Shown one piece after another: positions 31,134-42,739 of a stretch of 64,000 nucleotides of DNA. A program made the position numbers and the translations under genes. Positions within the stretch are counted from its first letter, which is position 1. The number at the start of each line of letters is the position of its first letter. Origin of the DNA: an uncultured Alphaproteobacteria bacterium (GTDB taxonomy: Bacteria; Pseudomonadota; Alphaproteobacteria; Geminicoccales; Geminicoccaceae); contig CAVWRK010000008.1 of NCBI GenBank assembly GCA_963757395.1, positions 272,337 to 336,336 on the forward strand, read 5' to 3'. The notes beneath the pieces were generated by a model, which saw only the letters and a program-made list of their open reading frames with translations, did no database searches and was not told the DNA's origin.

Positions 31134-31703
31134 TCAACCCACGGCGCGGCGGTTGTAGGGCAGGCGCTGGAGCAGCTCGGCCATGCCGCAGAAGCCGGTC
31201 AGGCCGGCGAAGACCAGGCCAACGCCGACGAAGGCGCTGACCAGCGCGAACCACGGCGAGAGCAGCAGCGCCAGCAGCAGGCCGAGCAGGACCAGGGAGC
31301 CGGCCGCGAGCTGGACCTGGCGCATGATCGGCAAGGGCGCCTTGCGGTCGCTCACGACCGGTAGGCCCACCCGTTTCCAGGCCTGGATGCCGCCCGCGAG
31401 ATGGGCAAGCTCCGGATGGTCCGGCAACAGCGCGCCAGCCGCCTCGCGCGAGCGGTTGCCGCTGTTGCACATCAGCACCATGATCTTACCGGGAGCGACG
31501 TCCACATCGTCGGCGGCGAGCCGCGAGAGTGGCTCAAGGCGCGCCCCCGCCACATGCTCGCGGGCATACTCGTCGGCCTCGCGGACATCGACTAGGATCG
31601 CCCGGTCATGGTCCAACCAGTCCTTCAGGGTCTCTGGGTCGACATCACGAAGCGCCGCGGCCATGGCCATCTCCCAGGGGCGGAGGGGTGGACTTTGCAT
31701 CAC
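31134..31703 (-). CDS. Rhodanese domain fused to a DUF2892 membrane domain (YgaP-like)
   Basis: Rhodanese loop MCNSGNRSREAAG, then two TM helices and the C-terminal GLTGFCGMAELLQRLPYN motif of DUF2892. Confidence 0.8.
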   Translation of the reverse strand: MMQSPPLRPWEMAMAAALRDVDPETLKDWLDHDRAILVDVREADEYAREHVAGARLEPLSRLAADDVDVAPGKIMVLMCNSGNRSREAAGALLPDHPELAHLAGGIQAWKRVGLPVVSDRKAPLPIMRQVQLAAGSLVLLGLLLALLLSPWFALVSAFVGVGLVFAGLTGFCGMAELLQRLPYNRRAVG

Positions 31704-31807
31704 GACTTGCTAATTAAGAACGAATGAATATGTTGTCAATCCGGCCAGGGGTACGCAATCGGCGCGATGGAGGCGGAGCATGAAGCCAGAGGTCACCTCG
31801 TTCTTCC

Positions 31808-32641
<834 letters not shown>

Positions 32642-32825
32642 GACCGCGGGCGGAAACTCAGTACAGAGGCCGCGTCTGCGACCTTCGGGAGCCGGTCGAG
32701 GCCCATCCGGTGGGCAGAGACTCGGAATATCGCGCGCACGACTTGGGATATACCGATTTCGGCTGCCCGTTCGCCCGTTTGATTGAGCAGGCGGATCGCG
32801 CGCCGATCCGCGGCGCCGCGGTCGC

Positions 32826-33821
32826 TCAGTGCCAGTAGCCGAGCAGCCGGCCCTGCGGCCGGCGGGCGCTCGCCCGCCCCGCGAAAGGGATCGGCGAAGC
32901 GGCAGCGAAGGCCGCATGGGGCTCGGGCGCGCGCCCATACAGTGCCTCCAGGCGGGCGATCCGCGGCTCGGTCGGCGGATGGCTGCGCAGCAGCGACGGC
33001 TCCGGCAGCCGGTAGCCTGGCATCAGGATCTGCTCCCACAGGCCCTGCTGGTAGCGCTCGAGCTTGGCGAGCGCCGCGATCAGGCCGGCTGGATCGCCGG
33101 TCAGGCCGACGGCATCCAGATCGGCGTCGAACTCGCGCGCCCGCGACAGCGCCAGCTGCAGCAGCAGGGTCAGCTGCGGCGCGAACAGGAGCAGCAGGAT
33201 CAGCGGCCCGGGCGGATGCGCCCCGCCACCCAGCCAGAGCGGCAGACCGACGACCAGCAGGCCGAGGCCGAGCAGGGTCATGATCCGGGTCAGCCGGCCG
33301 GTCAGATCGGCGAGGCTCATCAGCCAGAGATCGCGGTTGCGGATGTGGCTGATCTCGTGCGCCAGCACGCCGGCCAGCTCGCGCAGATCGAGCCGGCGCA
33401 GGATGCCATCGGTCAACGCGATCGCCGCGTCATGACGATCGCCGACCGTGAACGCGTTGAGCATCGTGCTCCGGATGTAATAGAGCTGCGGCATCCGCTC
33501 GAGCCCGGCGCGCTCGGTCAGCCGGGCCAGCACGTCGAACACCGCCGGCAACTGCTCCGGAGCCAACGCGCGCGCCGAATACAGCCGGAGCACCATGGGT
33601 GGCGAGATCCGGGGCCCGAAGATCAGTGCCAGGGCGGCGCCGAGCGCCATGCCGACGACCCCGTCGGGGCCGAACAGCAGCCAGCCGCAGACCGTCAGCA
33701 GCGCGACCATGCCGCCGAGCAGCAGCGCCGACTGCAAGAGGTTGCGCAACTTGTGCCGCCGTCGCTCGGCCGCATCGAGCGGCGCCGGACCGAGGCCTGC
33801 GGCCCGTTGTGCGAACATCAT
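32826..33821 (-). CDS. M48-family zinc metalloprotease (HtpX-like)
   Basis: From ATG 33821 (MMFAQR...): HEISHIRNRD HExxH motif, four TM segments, EFDADLDAVGLTGDP. Confidence 0.85.
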   Translation of the reverse strand: MMFAQRAAGLGPAPLDAAERRRHKLRNLLQSALLLGGMVALLTVCGWLLFGPDGVVGMALGAALALIFGPRISPPMVLRLYSARALAPEQLPAVFDVLARLTERAGLERMPQLYYIRSTMLNAFTVGDRHDAAIALTDGILRRLDLRELAGVLAHEISHIRNRDLWLMSLADLTGRLTRIMTLLGLGLLVVGLPLWLGGGAHPPGPLILLLLFAPQLTLLLQLALSRAREFDADLDAVGLTGDPAGLIAALAKLERYQQGLWEQILMPGYRLPEPSLLRSHPPTEPRIARLEALYGRAPEPHAAFAAASPIPFAGRASARRPQGRLLGYWH

Positions 33822-33938
33822 GAAAGCCCGAGGACAGCTGCCCGCCTCGCAACATAGGCCGCCGGCGGCGGCTTGCGACCAGGGGTCGGTCCCGGCAACG
33901 CCCTTGACCGCCACGGGCCGGTCACCAATGCTCGGTCC

Positions 33939-35921
33939 ATGTCAGAGGCCTTTCCCCATCTGTTCGCGCCGCTGGCACTCCGTCACCGGACGCTGAGGAA
34001 CCGCCTGGTGTTCGGCGCCCATACCGCGAACATGGCTTCGGGCGGGCTGCCCGGCGAGCGCCACCTCGGCTACTATCTGGCGCGGGCGCGGGGTGGTGCT
34101 GCGATGATCGTGGTCGAGCCGATGCCGGTGCATCCGACCGCGATCCTGACCCGCGGCAACTTCCGTCCCGCCGACGACGCCGTGATCCCGGGCTTCCGCC
34201 GGATCACCGAGGCCTGCAAAGCCGAGGGCGCGGTGATGATCCACCAGCTCTACCACGTCGGCCAGCACGGCGATGCCGACAACTCCTTCCGCCCCAGCTG
34301 GTCGCCTTCGGGGCTGCCGTCCTTCCACGATTCCGACGGTAGCCACGCGATGAGCGAGGCCGAGATCCTGGACGTCATCGAAGGCTTTGTCGACGCCGCC
34401 TGGCGGGCCCGGGAGTCGGGCTTCGACGGGGTCGAGCTGTTCGCCGCCTACCACGCCCTGATCGACCAGTTCTGGACCCCGTGGTCGAACCGCCGCGACG
34501 ACCGCTGGGGCGGCTCGTTCGCGAACCGCATGCGCTTTTCCACGGAGATCATCGAGGGCATCCGTAGACGTGCCGGCCAGGACTTCATCATCGGCCTCGC
34601 GGTCAGCATGCACCCGGCGGTCGAGGTGTCGCTCTCGGTCGAGGCGATGCAAAAGATCGCCGTCTGGCACGACGAGCGGGGCCTCGTCGACTACATCACC
34701 TGCGGGACCGGCAGCTATTTCGACTTCTATCCGCTGATGCCGACCGTGCTCTACGAGGACAAGCTGGGTGCGCCTTTCGCGGCGGCGCTGAAGCAGGTGG
34801 TCCGGCACGCCCGGGTGCAGTGCGAGAGCCACGTACGCACCGCCGAGAACGCCGAGGCCGTGATCGCCTCGGGCCAGGCCGACCTGGTCAGCATCGTGCG
34901 CGGCCAGATCGCCGACCCCGAGCTCGGCAACAAGGCGCGCGAGGGCCGCGCCGACCAGATCCGGCCCTGCCTCTCCTGCAACCAGATGTGCTGGGGCCGC
35001 CGCTACCGCGACTATTGGATCTCCTGCCTGGTCAACCCCTCGGCCGGCCGCGAGTTTCTTGGGGCGACGGCTGCGCGCCGAGCGCGAGCCCGCGCACCGT
35101 CCTGATCGTCGGCGGCGGTCCCGCAGGGCTGGAGGCGGCGCGGGTCGCGGCCGAGCGCGGCCACCGCGTTACGCTTGCCGAGGCGGCACCGGTGCTCGGC
35201 GGCCGCTTTCGCCTTGCGGGTCTGCAGCCGCGCCGCGCCCAGATCCTCGATCTCATCCAATGGTACGAGAGCGAGCTCGCGCGGCTCGCGGTCGAGGTCC
35301 GGCTCAACACGCTGATCGAGCCCGACGATGTCGCCGGCTACGACGCGGAAGCGGTCGTGCTGGCGACCGGCTCGCTGCCCGCCGGGACCGGCTTCCAGCG
35401 GGCCCTGCCGCACCTCGAGCGGCTGCCCGGCGTCGACGCCGCCAACGTCTGGCCGGTCGAGGACGTGATGGGCCGCCTCGCGCGACCAGGCCCGCGCGTG
35501 ATCCTGCTCGACGACCTCGGCCACTGGCACGGCGCCGGCACCGCCTGGCAGCTCGCCGAGCAGGGTCATCAGGTGACCATCGTGACCCGCTTCCCGATGG
35601 TCGCGTTCGAATTGATCCGGACCGCGACCGACTGGCCGCTGCGCAAGAAGCTGAAGGAGCTGGGCGTGGTCAGCGCTCCACGATGCCGCGCTGACCGCCT
35701 GGCACGGCGACGGCGCCGACGTCCTCGACCTGCAGGACGGCACCACCCAGCGGGTGGAAGCCGATGCCTTAGTCCTCGCGACCGTCAACCAGTCGCAGAC
35801 CTGGCTCCAGGAGGGCCTCGCCGACCGCGACCTCGAGCTTCACGCGATCGGCGACTGCGTGGCCCCACGGCTTGCGGTGATGGCGATCTACGAGGGTCGC
35901 GAGCTGGCGATGCGGCTTTGA
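33939..35921 (+). pseudogene. OYE-like NADH:flavin oxidoreductase fused to an FAD/NAD(P)-binding domain (2,4-dienoyl-CoA reductase-like), two frame disruptions
   Basis: Frame 0: MSEAFPHLFAPLALRHRTLRNRLVFGAH...CLSCNQMCWGR...NPSAGREF. Frame 2 from about 35055: WGDG..PRTVLIVGGGPAGLEAARVAAERGH...KKLKELGVV. Back in frame 0 from about 35675: LHDAALTAWHGDG...HAIGDCVAPRLAVMAIYEGRELAMRL, stop 35921. Confidence 0.75.
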
Positions 35922-35938
35922 GGCAGAAGGGGGCAGGC

Positions 35939-37984
35939 ATGAGCAGCGCGAACGATCCGCTCCTCCAGCCATTCCAGCTGAGGCACCTGCGGCTGCGCAA
36001 CCGGATCATGAGCACGGCGCACGAGCCCGCCTATTCCGAGGACGGCCTGCCCAAGGACCGTTACCGGCTCTACCACGTCGAGAAGGCAAAAGGCGGGATC
36101 GCGCTGACGATGACCGCAGGCTCGGCGATCGTCGCCGAGGATTCGCCGGCCGCGTTCGGCAATCTGCACGCCTACCGGGACGAGATCGTGCCTTGGCTGA
36201 CGCGCCTTGTCGACGACTGCCACGAGCATGGCGCCGCCGTGATGATCCAGATCACCCACCTCGGGAGGCGGACCAACTGGAACAAGGCCGACTGGCTGCC
36301 GGTGCTCGCCCCCTCGCCGGTTCGCGAGCCCGCGCATCGCTCCTTCCCGAAGGAAGCCGAGGACTGGGACCTCGCAAGGATCACCAAGGCTTACGCCGCC
36401 GCCGCCCAGCGCATGCAGGCGGCCGGCCTGGACGGCATCGAGATCGAGGCCTACGGCCATCTGCTCGACGGCTTCTGGTCGCCCGCGACCAACCGGCGCT
36501 CGGACCAATACGGCGGCAGCCTGGACAACCGTCTGCGCTTCACCTTCGAGGTCCTGAACGCGATCCGGGCCGCGGTCGGCCCCGATTTCGTGGTCGGCAT
36601 CCGGATGGTCGCGGACGAGGACTGGGAGCGCGGCCTGTCGCGGGCGGAAGGGATCGAGATCGCGCAGCGCCTCGTGGCGAGCGGCCAGGTCGACTTCCTG
36701 AACATCATCCGCGGCCACATCGAGACCGATGCAGCACTCTCGAAGGTGATCCCGATCCAGGGCACGCCCGCGGCCCCGCATCTCGATTTCGCCGGTGAGG
36801 TCCGGAACGCCACGAAATTTCCGGTGTTCCACGCCGCAAGGATCAACGACGTCGCGACCGCGCGCCACGCGATCGCGACTGGAAAACTCGACATGGTCGG
36901 CATGACCCGGGCCCATCTCGCCGATCCGCACATCGCCAGGAAGGTCGCGGCCGGCCAGGAGCAGGACATCCGCCCCTGCGTCGGCGCCACCTATTGCCTG
37001 GATCGGATCTACGAGGGCCATGAGGCGCTCTGCATCCACAACCCCGCCACCGGTCGCGAAGCGACCATGCCCCACTCGGTCGGCAGGGCCGCCGGCCCCT
37101 ACAAGAATGTGGTCGTGGTCGGCGCCGGCCCCGCCGGCCTGGAGGCGGCCCGGGTCGCTGCCGCCCGCGGCCATCGGGTCGTGCTGTTCGAGGCGGCCGA
37201 TCAGCCGGGCGGCCAGATCCGGCTCGCGGCCCGCGCGCGCCGACGGTCGGAGCTGATCGGGATCGCCGAGTGGCGGGTCGCCCAATGCCAGAAACAGGGC
37301 GTCGAGATGCGCTTCAACCAGGTCGCCGAAGCCGATGACGTGCTGGCCGAGGCCCCCGACGTCGTCATCGTCGCGACCGGCGGCCTGCCCGACACCGGCT
37401 TTCTCGAACTCGGCGCCGACCTCGTGGTCTCGAGCTGGGACATTCTATCCGGGGACGCCAAGCCTGGTGCCGAGGTCCTCCTGTTCGACGACAACGGCGC
37501 CCACCCGGGCCTGCAGGCCGCCGAATATCTGGCCGAGGGCGGGGCGAAGCTCGAGATCGTCACGCCTGAGCGCTACTTCGCGCCCGAGATCGGCGGCCTC
37601 AACCATGTCGCCTACGCCCGCTGCTTCAAGGAGCATGGCGTCCGGATCACGATCAACACCCGCCTCATCGAGGTCCGCCGCGAGGGCAACCGGCTCGCCG
37701 CCATCCTCGGTAGCGACTACAGCGAGCAGACCGAGCGGCGACTGGTCGATCAGGTCGTGGTCGAGCACGGCACGCTGCCGCTGGACGACCTCTACTTCGC
37801 GCTCAAGGAGCGGTCCTCGAACCGCGGCGAGGTCGACTACCAGGCCCTGATCGCCGGCCAGCCGCAGACCGTGAGCAACAACCCGGATGGCCGCTTCCAG
37901 CTGTTCCGGATCGGCGACGCGGTCGCCTCGCGCAACATCCACGCCGCGATCTACGACGCGCTCCGCCTGTGCAAGGACCTGTGA
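35939..37984 (+). CDS. OYE-like NADH:flavin oxidoreductase fused to an FAD/NAD(P)-binding domain (2,4-dienoyl-CoA reductase-like), intact paralog
   Basis: 681 aa: LRNRIMSTAH..., Cys cluster RPCVGATYCLDR, VVVVGAGPAGLEAARVAAARGH Rossmann motif. Confidence 0.85.
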   Translation: MSSANDPLLQPFQLRHLRLRNRIMSTAHEPAYSEDGLPKDRYRLYHVEKAKGGIALTMTAGSAIVAEDSPAAFGNLHAYRDEIVPWLTRLVDDCHEHGAAVMIQITHLGRRTNWNKADWLPVLAPSPVREPAHRSFPKEAEDWDLARITKAYAAAAQRMQAAGLDGIEIEAYGHLLDGFWSPATNRRSDQYGGSLDNRLRFTFEVLNAIRAAVGPDFVVGIRMVADEDWERGLSRAEGIEIAQRLVASGQVDFLNIIRGHIETDAALSKVIPIQGTPAAPHLDFAGEVRNATKFPVFHAARINDVATARHAIATGKLDMVGMTRAHLADPHIARKVAAGQEQDIRPCVGATYCLDRIYEGHEALCIHNPATGREATMPHSVGRAAGPYKNVVVVGAGPAGLEAARVAAARGHRVVLFEAADQPGGQIRLAARARRRSELIGIAEWRVAQCQKQGVEMRFNQVAEADDVLAEAPDVVIVATGGLPDTGFLELGADLVVSSWDILSGDAKPGAEVLLFDDNGAHPGLQAAEYLAEGGAKLEIVTPERYFAPEIGGLNHVAYARCFKEHGVRITINTRLIEVRREGNRLAAILGSDYSEQTERRLVDQVVVEHGTLPLDDLYFALKERSSNRGEVDYQALIAGQPQTVSNNPDGRFQLFRIGDAVASRNIHAAIYDALRLCKDL

Positions 37985-38492
37985 ACAGTCGGCCGGGCGC
38001 ATCTGAGCGCCCACGTTCACGACTTGCTCGATGGGCCGGACCAGCAGCGGCACCGAACGAAGAAAGGCAGGTCACAGAAACAGTGCGGACTGGGAGTTCT
38101 CGCGAGTATCTGATCGCGCCCGCGCGTCCGACGGGAACTTCCTCGCCTCCGCCCTTGAGGGCCTCGCCGACCGGCGTCTGATCGCGCCCCGCGCGCCCGA
38201 CTGGAACCGCGCCGACCATGAATTCGCGGCCCGACACCCGGCATCGGCCATTCAGCAAAAGTTAACCTTCTCCGGCGAGGCTACCTCCGGTTGGTCCATG
38301 TGATCGTGGAAATCCGCAACCGCACCAATTTCTGCTCGCGCACGGACTCCCACGGTCGCATGGACCATCGAGCCCGGACAGGCTAGTGAGCGATGGTTGA
38401 CGAAAGGTTAACGACGATCGGATCGGTCGACGCCCGGCGCTGATCGGCACAGCGTCGCGATCGGCCCGGGCATCAGTGGAGGGCTCGGCAGC

Positions 38493-39437
38493 GTGGCCCT
38501 GTATGCGATCCGGCGGCTCGGCCTCGCGCTGGTGATCGTCGTCTGCGCCATGGCCGTGCTGTTCGGCATGATCCACCTGGTGCCGGGCGATCCGATCACG
38601 ATCGCGCTCGGGCCGCGCGCGACCGAGGCGATGCGCCAGGCCTATCTCGCCAAGATGCGCCTCGATCAGCCGGTCTACCTGCAGTTCCTGGCGTTCGCCG
38701 GCGGCGTGCTGCGGGGCGACCTCGGCGCCGACGTGTTCAGCAACCGGAGCGTCGCGACGATCATCCTCGAGCAGCTGCCCTACACGCTCGCTCTGACCGG
38801 CGCCGGGCTTGGCTGGGCCGTCCTGATCGGCATTCCGCTCGGCTGCTACTCGGCGGTCCATCGCAACAGCGTCATCGACAAGCTCTCGGGCGTGATCACG
38901 GTCGGCGCGATCGCCGTACCGTCCTTCGTGGTGGCACTCTACACGCTCCTGGTGTTCGCGGTCTGGCTCCGCTGGCTGCCGGCGATCGGCGCGGGCGAAC
39001 GGGGCGACCTGGGCGATCAGCTGCTACACCTGATCCTGCCGGCGTTCGCGATCGGGCTCGGCTGGGTCGGCTATCTCGCCCGCCTGGTCCGCGCCTCGAT
39101 GCTGGAAGTGATGGGCGAGAGCTTCATCCGCACCGCGCGCGCCTTCGGCCTGCCGAGTCACATGATCACCTACCGTTACGCCCTCAAGATCGCGATCCTG
39201 CCGACCGTGACGCTGCTCGGCGTCGGCATCGGCAACCTGCTCTCGGGCGCCGTGTTCGCCGAGATCGTGTTCGCGCGCCCCGGCATCGGCAAGCTGATCT
39301 ACGACATGGCGAACACCCGCAACTATCCGGTGGTCCAGGGTGCCGTGCTGGTCACGACCGTGTTGTTCGTGCTCTGCGCGCTGCTCGCCGACCTGCTCAA
39401 CGCCTGGCTCGATCCCCGTGTCCGCGCCAGCCTCTGA
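38493..39437 (+). CDS. Peptide/nickel-type ABC transporter permease (DppB/OppB-like)
   Basis: 314 aa from GTG 38493; MALYAIRRLGLALVIVV..., FIRTARAFGLPSHMITYRYALK. Confidence 0.85.
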   Translation: MALYAIRRLGLALVIVVCAMAVLFGMIHLVPGDPITIALGPRATEAMRQAYLAKMRLDQPVYLQFLAFAGGVLRGDLGADVFSNRSVATIILEQLPYTLALTGAGLGWAVLIGIPLGCYSAVHRNSVIDKLSGVITVGAIAVPSFVVALYTLLVFAVWLRWLPAIGAGERGDLGDQLLHLILPAFAIGLGWVGYLARLVRASMLEVMGESFIRTARAFGLPSHMITYRYALKIAILPTVTLLGVGIGNLLSGAVFAEIVFARPGIGKLIYDMANTRNYPVVQGAVLVTTVLFVLCALLADLLNAWLDPRVRASL

Positions 39438-40312
39438 GTTCTTTCCACGATTGCTGCCCGACGGGCGTCCGGGACGCCTGCCGCGCCTGCGCCGCCTGCT
39501 CGCCGATCCGCTCGGCCTCGCCGGCCTGATCCTGGTCGCTTTCTTCCTGACGAGCGCGCTCTTTGCCCACTGGCTGGCACCCTACGATCCGAACGCGCTG
39601 GACGTCCGGGCGAGGCTTGGCGGCCCCTCGCTCGCCCATCTCGCGGGCACCGACCAGCTGGGCCGCGACACCTTCTCGCGCGTGCTGTTCGGCGGCCGGG
39701 TGGCGCTCCAGGTCGCCGCCTGGTCGATCTCGACTTCGCTCGTGCTCGGCATCCTGCTCGGCATGCTTGCGGGCTACGGCCCTCGCTGGCTCGACAGCGC
39801 GCTCTTGCTTCTGTTCGACACGGTGCGCTCGTTCCCGACCATCATGTTTGCGCTCGCGGCGGTGACCCTTGCCGGCCCCAGCCTCGAGATGGTGATCCTG
39901 ATCCTGATCGTGACCTCGGTGCCGGTCTACGGCCGGATCGTCCGCACCCAGAACTCTTTCCCTGAAAGCGACGGAATTCATCCTGGCCGAGCGCGCCCTC
40001 GGCGCCGGCGCCACCCGCATCCTTGGCGTCCATGTGCTGCCGAACGTGATCGGCCCGCTGCTGATCCTGGCCAGCATGGACGTGCCGGTCGTGGTCACGG
40101 TCGAGGCCGGGCTCTCCTTCCTCGGCCTCGGCGTCCGCCCGCCGACGCCCAGCTGGGGCAACATCCTGGCCGACGGCTATGCCTTCATCCGCTCGACGCC
40201 CTGGCTCGTGATCGCGGGCGGTTTTCCGCTGATTCTGACGACGCTCGGCTTCACCTTCCTCGGCGAGACGCTCCGCGACATCTTCGACCCCAGACTCCGC
40301 CGGACGCCCTGA
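39418..40312 (+). pseudogene. Peptide/nickel-type ABC transporter permease (DppC/OppC-like), frame-disrupted near 39949-39954
   Basis: N-terminal part ...LAPYDPNALDV...GTDQLGRDTFSRVLFGGR...VPVYGRIVRTQ. It continues in the +1 frame as TLSLKATEFILAERALGAGATRILGVHVLPNVIGPLL...FDPRLRRTP, stop 40312. Confidence 0.8.
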
Positions 40313-41292
40313 TGCCCGCCGCGGTCGACCACGTCCTCGAGATCCGCGACCTCAGCGTCGACTTTACGACGCCGCGCGGCCGGGTCCATGCGCTCCGCCA
40401 GGCGAGCCTCGCCGTGCCGCGCAACCGGATCGTCGGCGTGGTCGGCGAGAGCGGCAGCGGCAAGACGACCTTGATCCTGGCCGTGCTGGCGCTCCTCCCC
40501 GACAACGCCGAGGTGACCGGAGGACGCGTGGTTTTCGATGGCCAGGACGTGCTCGCGCTGTCGGAGGCCTCGCTCCAGGACCTGCGCGGCCGGCGAATCG
40601 CCGCGGTCTTCCAGGACCCGATGAGCTCGCTCGACCCGGTGCTCAGCATCGCCACCCAGATGACCGACATTCAATATCGCGAGCGGATCGGCACGCGCGA
40701 GAAGCGGGCGCGCGCAATCTCGATGCTGCAGCGGGTCGGCATCCCGGACCCGGAAAGCCGGATCAACGACTATCCGCACCAGTTCTCGGGTGGCATGCGC
40801 CAGCGGGTCGCGATCGCGATGGCCCTGCTCGCGGGCCCTGACCTCTTGATCGCCGACGAGCCGACCACGGCGCTCGATGTCACCCTCGAGGCACAGATCA
40901 TCCATCTGCTGCGCGAGCTCAAGCAGAGCTTTGCGGGCTCGATCCTGTTCGTCTCGCACAACCTCGGACTGGTGGCCGAGCTCTGCGACCATGTGGTCGT
41001 GATGTACGCGGGTGAGGTCGTCGAGGAGGGCGGCGTGTTCGATGTCTTCCATCGGCCCGCACACCCCTACACCCGGGCGCTGCTCGAGTGCGATCCGGCG
41101 GGCGAGCAGAAGAAAGGACGCGCGCTCGCGACCATCCCGGGCGAGGTGCCGGATCTGATCGGGCTGGCGCCCGGCTGCGTGTTCGCGCCGCGCTGTGCCA
41201 AGGCGCTCGAGCGCTGCCGGCGGATCGCCCCCGGCTGGACCGCGACCGGCGACGGCCATCGTGGCCGTTGCCATCTGCTGGCCGAAGGCTGA
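40312..41292 (+). CDS. Peptide-type ABC transporter ATP-binding protein (DppD/OppD-like)
   Basis: TGATG stop/start overlap; [35 protein letters not shown]-terminal Cys-rich oligopeptide-transporter tail. Confidence 0.9.
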   Translation: MPAAVDHVLEIRDLSVDFTTPRGRVHALRQASLAVPRNRIVGVVGESGSGKTTLILAVLALLPDNAEVTGGRVVFDGQDVLALSEASLQDLRGRRIAAVFQDPMSSLDPVLSIATQMTDIQYRERIGTREKRARAISMLQRVGIPDPESRINDYPHQFSGGMRQRVAIAMALLAGPDLLIADEPTTALDVTLEAQIIHLLRELKQSFAGSILFVSHNLGLVAELCDHVVVMYAGEVVEEGGVFDVFHRPAHPYTRALLECDPAGEQKKGRALATIPGEVPDLIGLAPGCVFAPRCAKALERCRRIAPGWTATGDGHRGRCHLLAEG

Positions 41293-41300
41293 GCGCGGCA

Positions 41301-42275
41301 ATGCTCGAGGTCGAGGGTCTCCGGGTCCGCTTCCGGCGCCTCGGCCGGCTCGGCGCCTGGCTCCGGGGTGTGCGCGACCCATGGCTCGAGGCGGTCGCCG
41401 GCGTGTCGCTGGCGATCCCGGCCGCGACCACCTTCGCGCTGGTCGGCGAGAGCGGCTCGGGCAAGACTACGCTGGGCCGCGCGATCATCGGCCTGGTCGA
41501 GGCGCAGGCGGGCTCGGTCCGCTTCGAGGGCCAAGAGCTGCTCGGCCTCTCCGAGCGGGCGCTGAAGCCCTACCGGCGAACGGTCGCGATGATGTTCCAG
41601 GACCCGGTCGCCTCGCTCAGCCCGCGGCGGACCGTGCGCGCCCTGATCACCGAGCCGTTCCGGATCCACGGCCTGCGAGACCGCCATCCGAAAGCGGAGG
41701 CGCGTCGCCTCCTCGAGATGGTCGGGCTCAGCGCTGGCTTCCTCGAGCGCTACCCGCACGAGCTCTCGGGCGGCCAGGCGCGCCGGGTCGGGGTCGCGCG
41801 CGCGCTCGCCTTGTCGCCAAAACTGATCATCGCCGACGAGCCGACCGCCGGCCTCGACGTCTCGGTCCAGGGCGAGGTTTTGAACCTGTTTTCCCGACTT
41901 CAGGCCGAGCTCGGCATCGGCTATCTGATCATCACCCACAACCTGCCGGTCGTCCGCCGGGTTTCCCACCTGATCGCGATCATGTACCTCGGCCGGCTGG
42001 TCGAGGTCGGCCCGACCGCCGCGGTTTTTTCCAGACCCGCCCACCCCTACACCCAAGCGCTGCTGGCGGCGACCCCCAAGCCCGACCCGGCGCTCCGCCG
42101 CACCGAAGTCGAGCTGAAAGGCGAGATCCCGAGCCTCGCCAACCGCCCCGAGGCTTGTGAGTTCCACCCCCGCTGCCCCTTCGCCCAGCCCCGCTGCCGC
42201 ACCGAAGCCCCGGCGCTTCGCGAGCTCGCCCCAGGCCACTGGGCCAGCTGCCATTTTCCGTTTCCCACAAGATGA
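41301..42275 (+). CDS. Peptide-type ABC transporter ATP-binding protein (DppF/OppF-like)
   Basis: [42 protein letters not shown]. Confidence 0.9.
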   Translation: MLEVEGLRVRFRRLGRLGAWLRGVRDPWLEAVAGVSLAIPAATTFALVGESGSGKTTLGRAIIGLVEAQAGSVRFEGQELLGLSERALKPYRRTVAMMFQDPVASLSPRRTVRALITEPFRIHGLRDRHPKAEARRLLEMVGLSAGFLERYPHELSGGQARRVGVARALALSPKLIIADEPTAGLDVSVQGEVLNLFSRLQAELGIGYLIITHNLPVVRRVSHLIAIMYLGRLVEVGPTAAVFSRPAHPYTQALLAATPKPDPALRRTEVELKGEIPSLANRPEACEFHPRCPFAQPRCRTEAPALRELAPGHWASCHFPFPTR

Positions 42276-42340
42276 TGGCCATGGTGTAGGATGGGTGGTC
42301 GGACTTGCGCTGGGGTCACCTGGATGAGGGGCGGGACCCG

Positions 42341-42703
42341 ATGATCGACACGCTGCAAATCGCCGAGGAGCTCGCAGAGGGCGGCGTCTTCACGCGCCAT
42401 CAGGCGGAACGACTGGCGCGGGTCAGCGTCAGGACCGCTGGCGAAGCCTTGGTGACCAAGGCCGACCTCAGCGCGACCGAGAACGCCCTCAAGGCCGACC
42501 TCAGCGCCACTGAAGCCGGCCTCAGAGCCGACCTGCGCGCGGTCGAGAACTCCGTGAGGAGCGACATGGCGCTGCTGGAAAGCCGGCTCGAGACCACGAT
42601 CGAGCGCGGGCAGAAGCGGCTTAAGATGTGGTTCGCGGGCATCATGGTCATGCATGCGACCGCGGTCATCGGCCTCACGGTCGGCCTGATCAAGCTGCTC
42701 TGA
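42341..42703 (+). CDS. DUF1640-like coiled-coil protein with C-terminal TM anchor
   Basis: MIDTLQIAEELAEGGVFTRHQAERLA..., 11-residue repeats KADLSATENAL/KADLSATEAGL/RADLRAVENSV, C-terminal FAGIMVMHATAVIGLTVGLIKLL. The track ORF starts 12 codons earlier. Confidence 0.55.
   Translation: MIDTLQIAEELAEGGVFTRHQAERLARVSVRTAGEALVTKADLSATENALKADLSATEAGLRADLRAVENSVRSDMALLESRLETTIERGQKRLKMWFAGIMVMHATAVIGLTVGLIKLL
42458..42556 (+). repeat. Three tandem 33-nt in-frame repeats inside the DUF1640-like gene
   Basis: aaggccgacctcagcgcgaccgagaacgccctc / aaggccgacctcagcgccactgaagccggcctc / agagccgacctgcgcgcggtcgagaactccgtg. Confidence 0.8.
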
Positions 42704-42739
42704 CCGCCAGCACCCACACGATCCTCGGCCGCGCCTGCC

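Noticed and set aside
38031-38303. 90-aa ORF in the gap between the FadH-like gene and the dpp-like operon
   Set aside because: There is no SD, the composition is Arg/Ser/Ala-rich and no motif is recognisable. The region is better described as non-coding, lower-GC spacer carrying the shared 27-nt motif.
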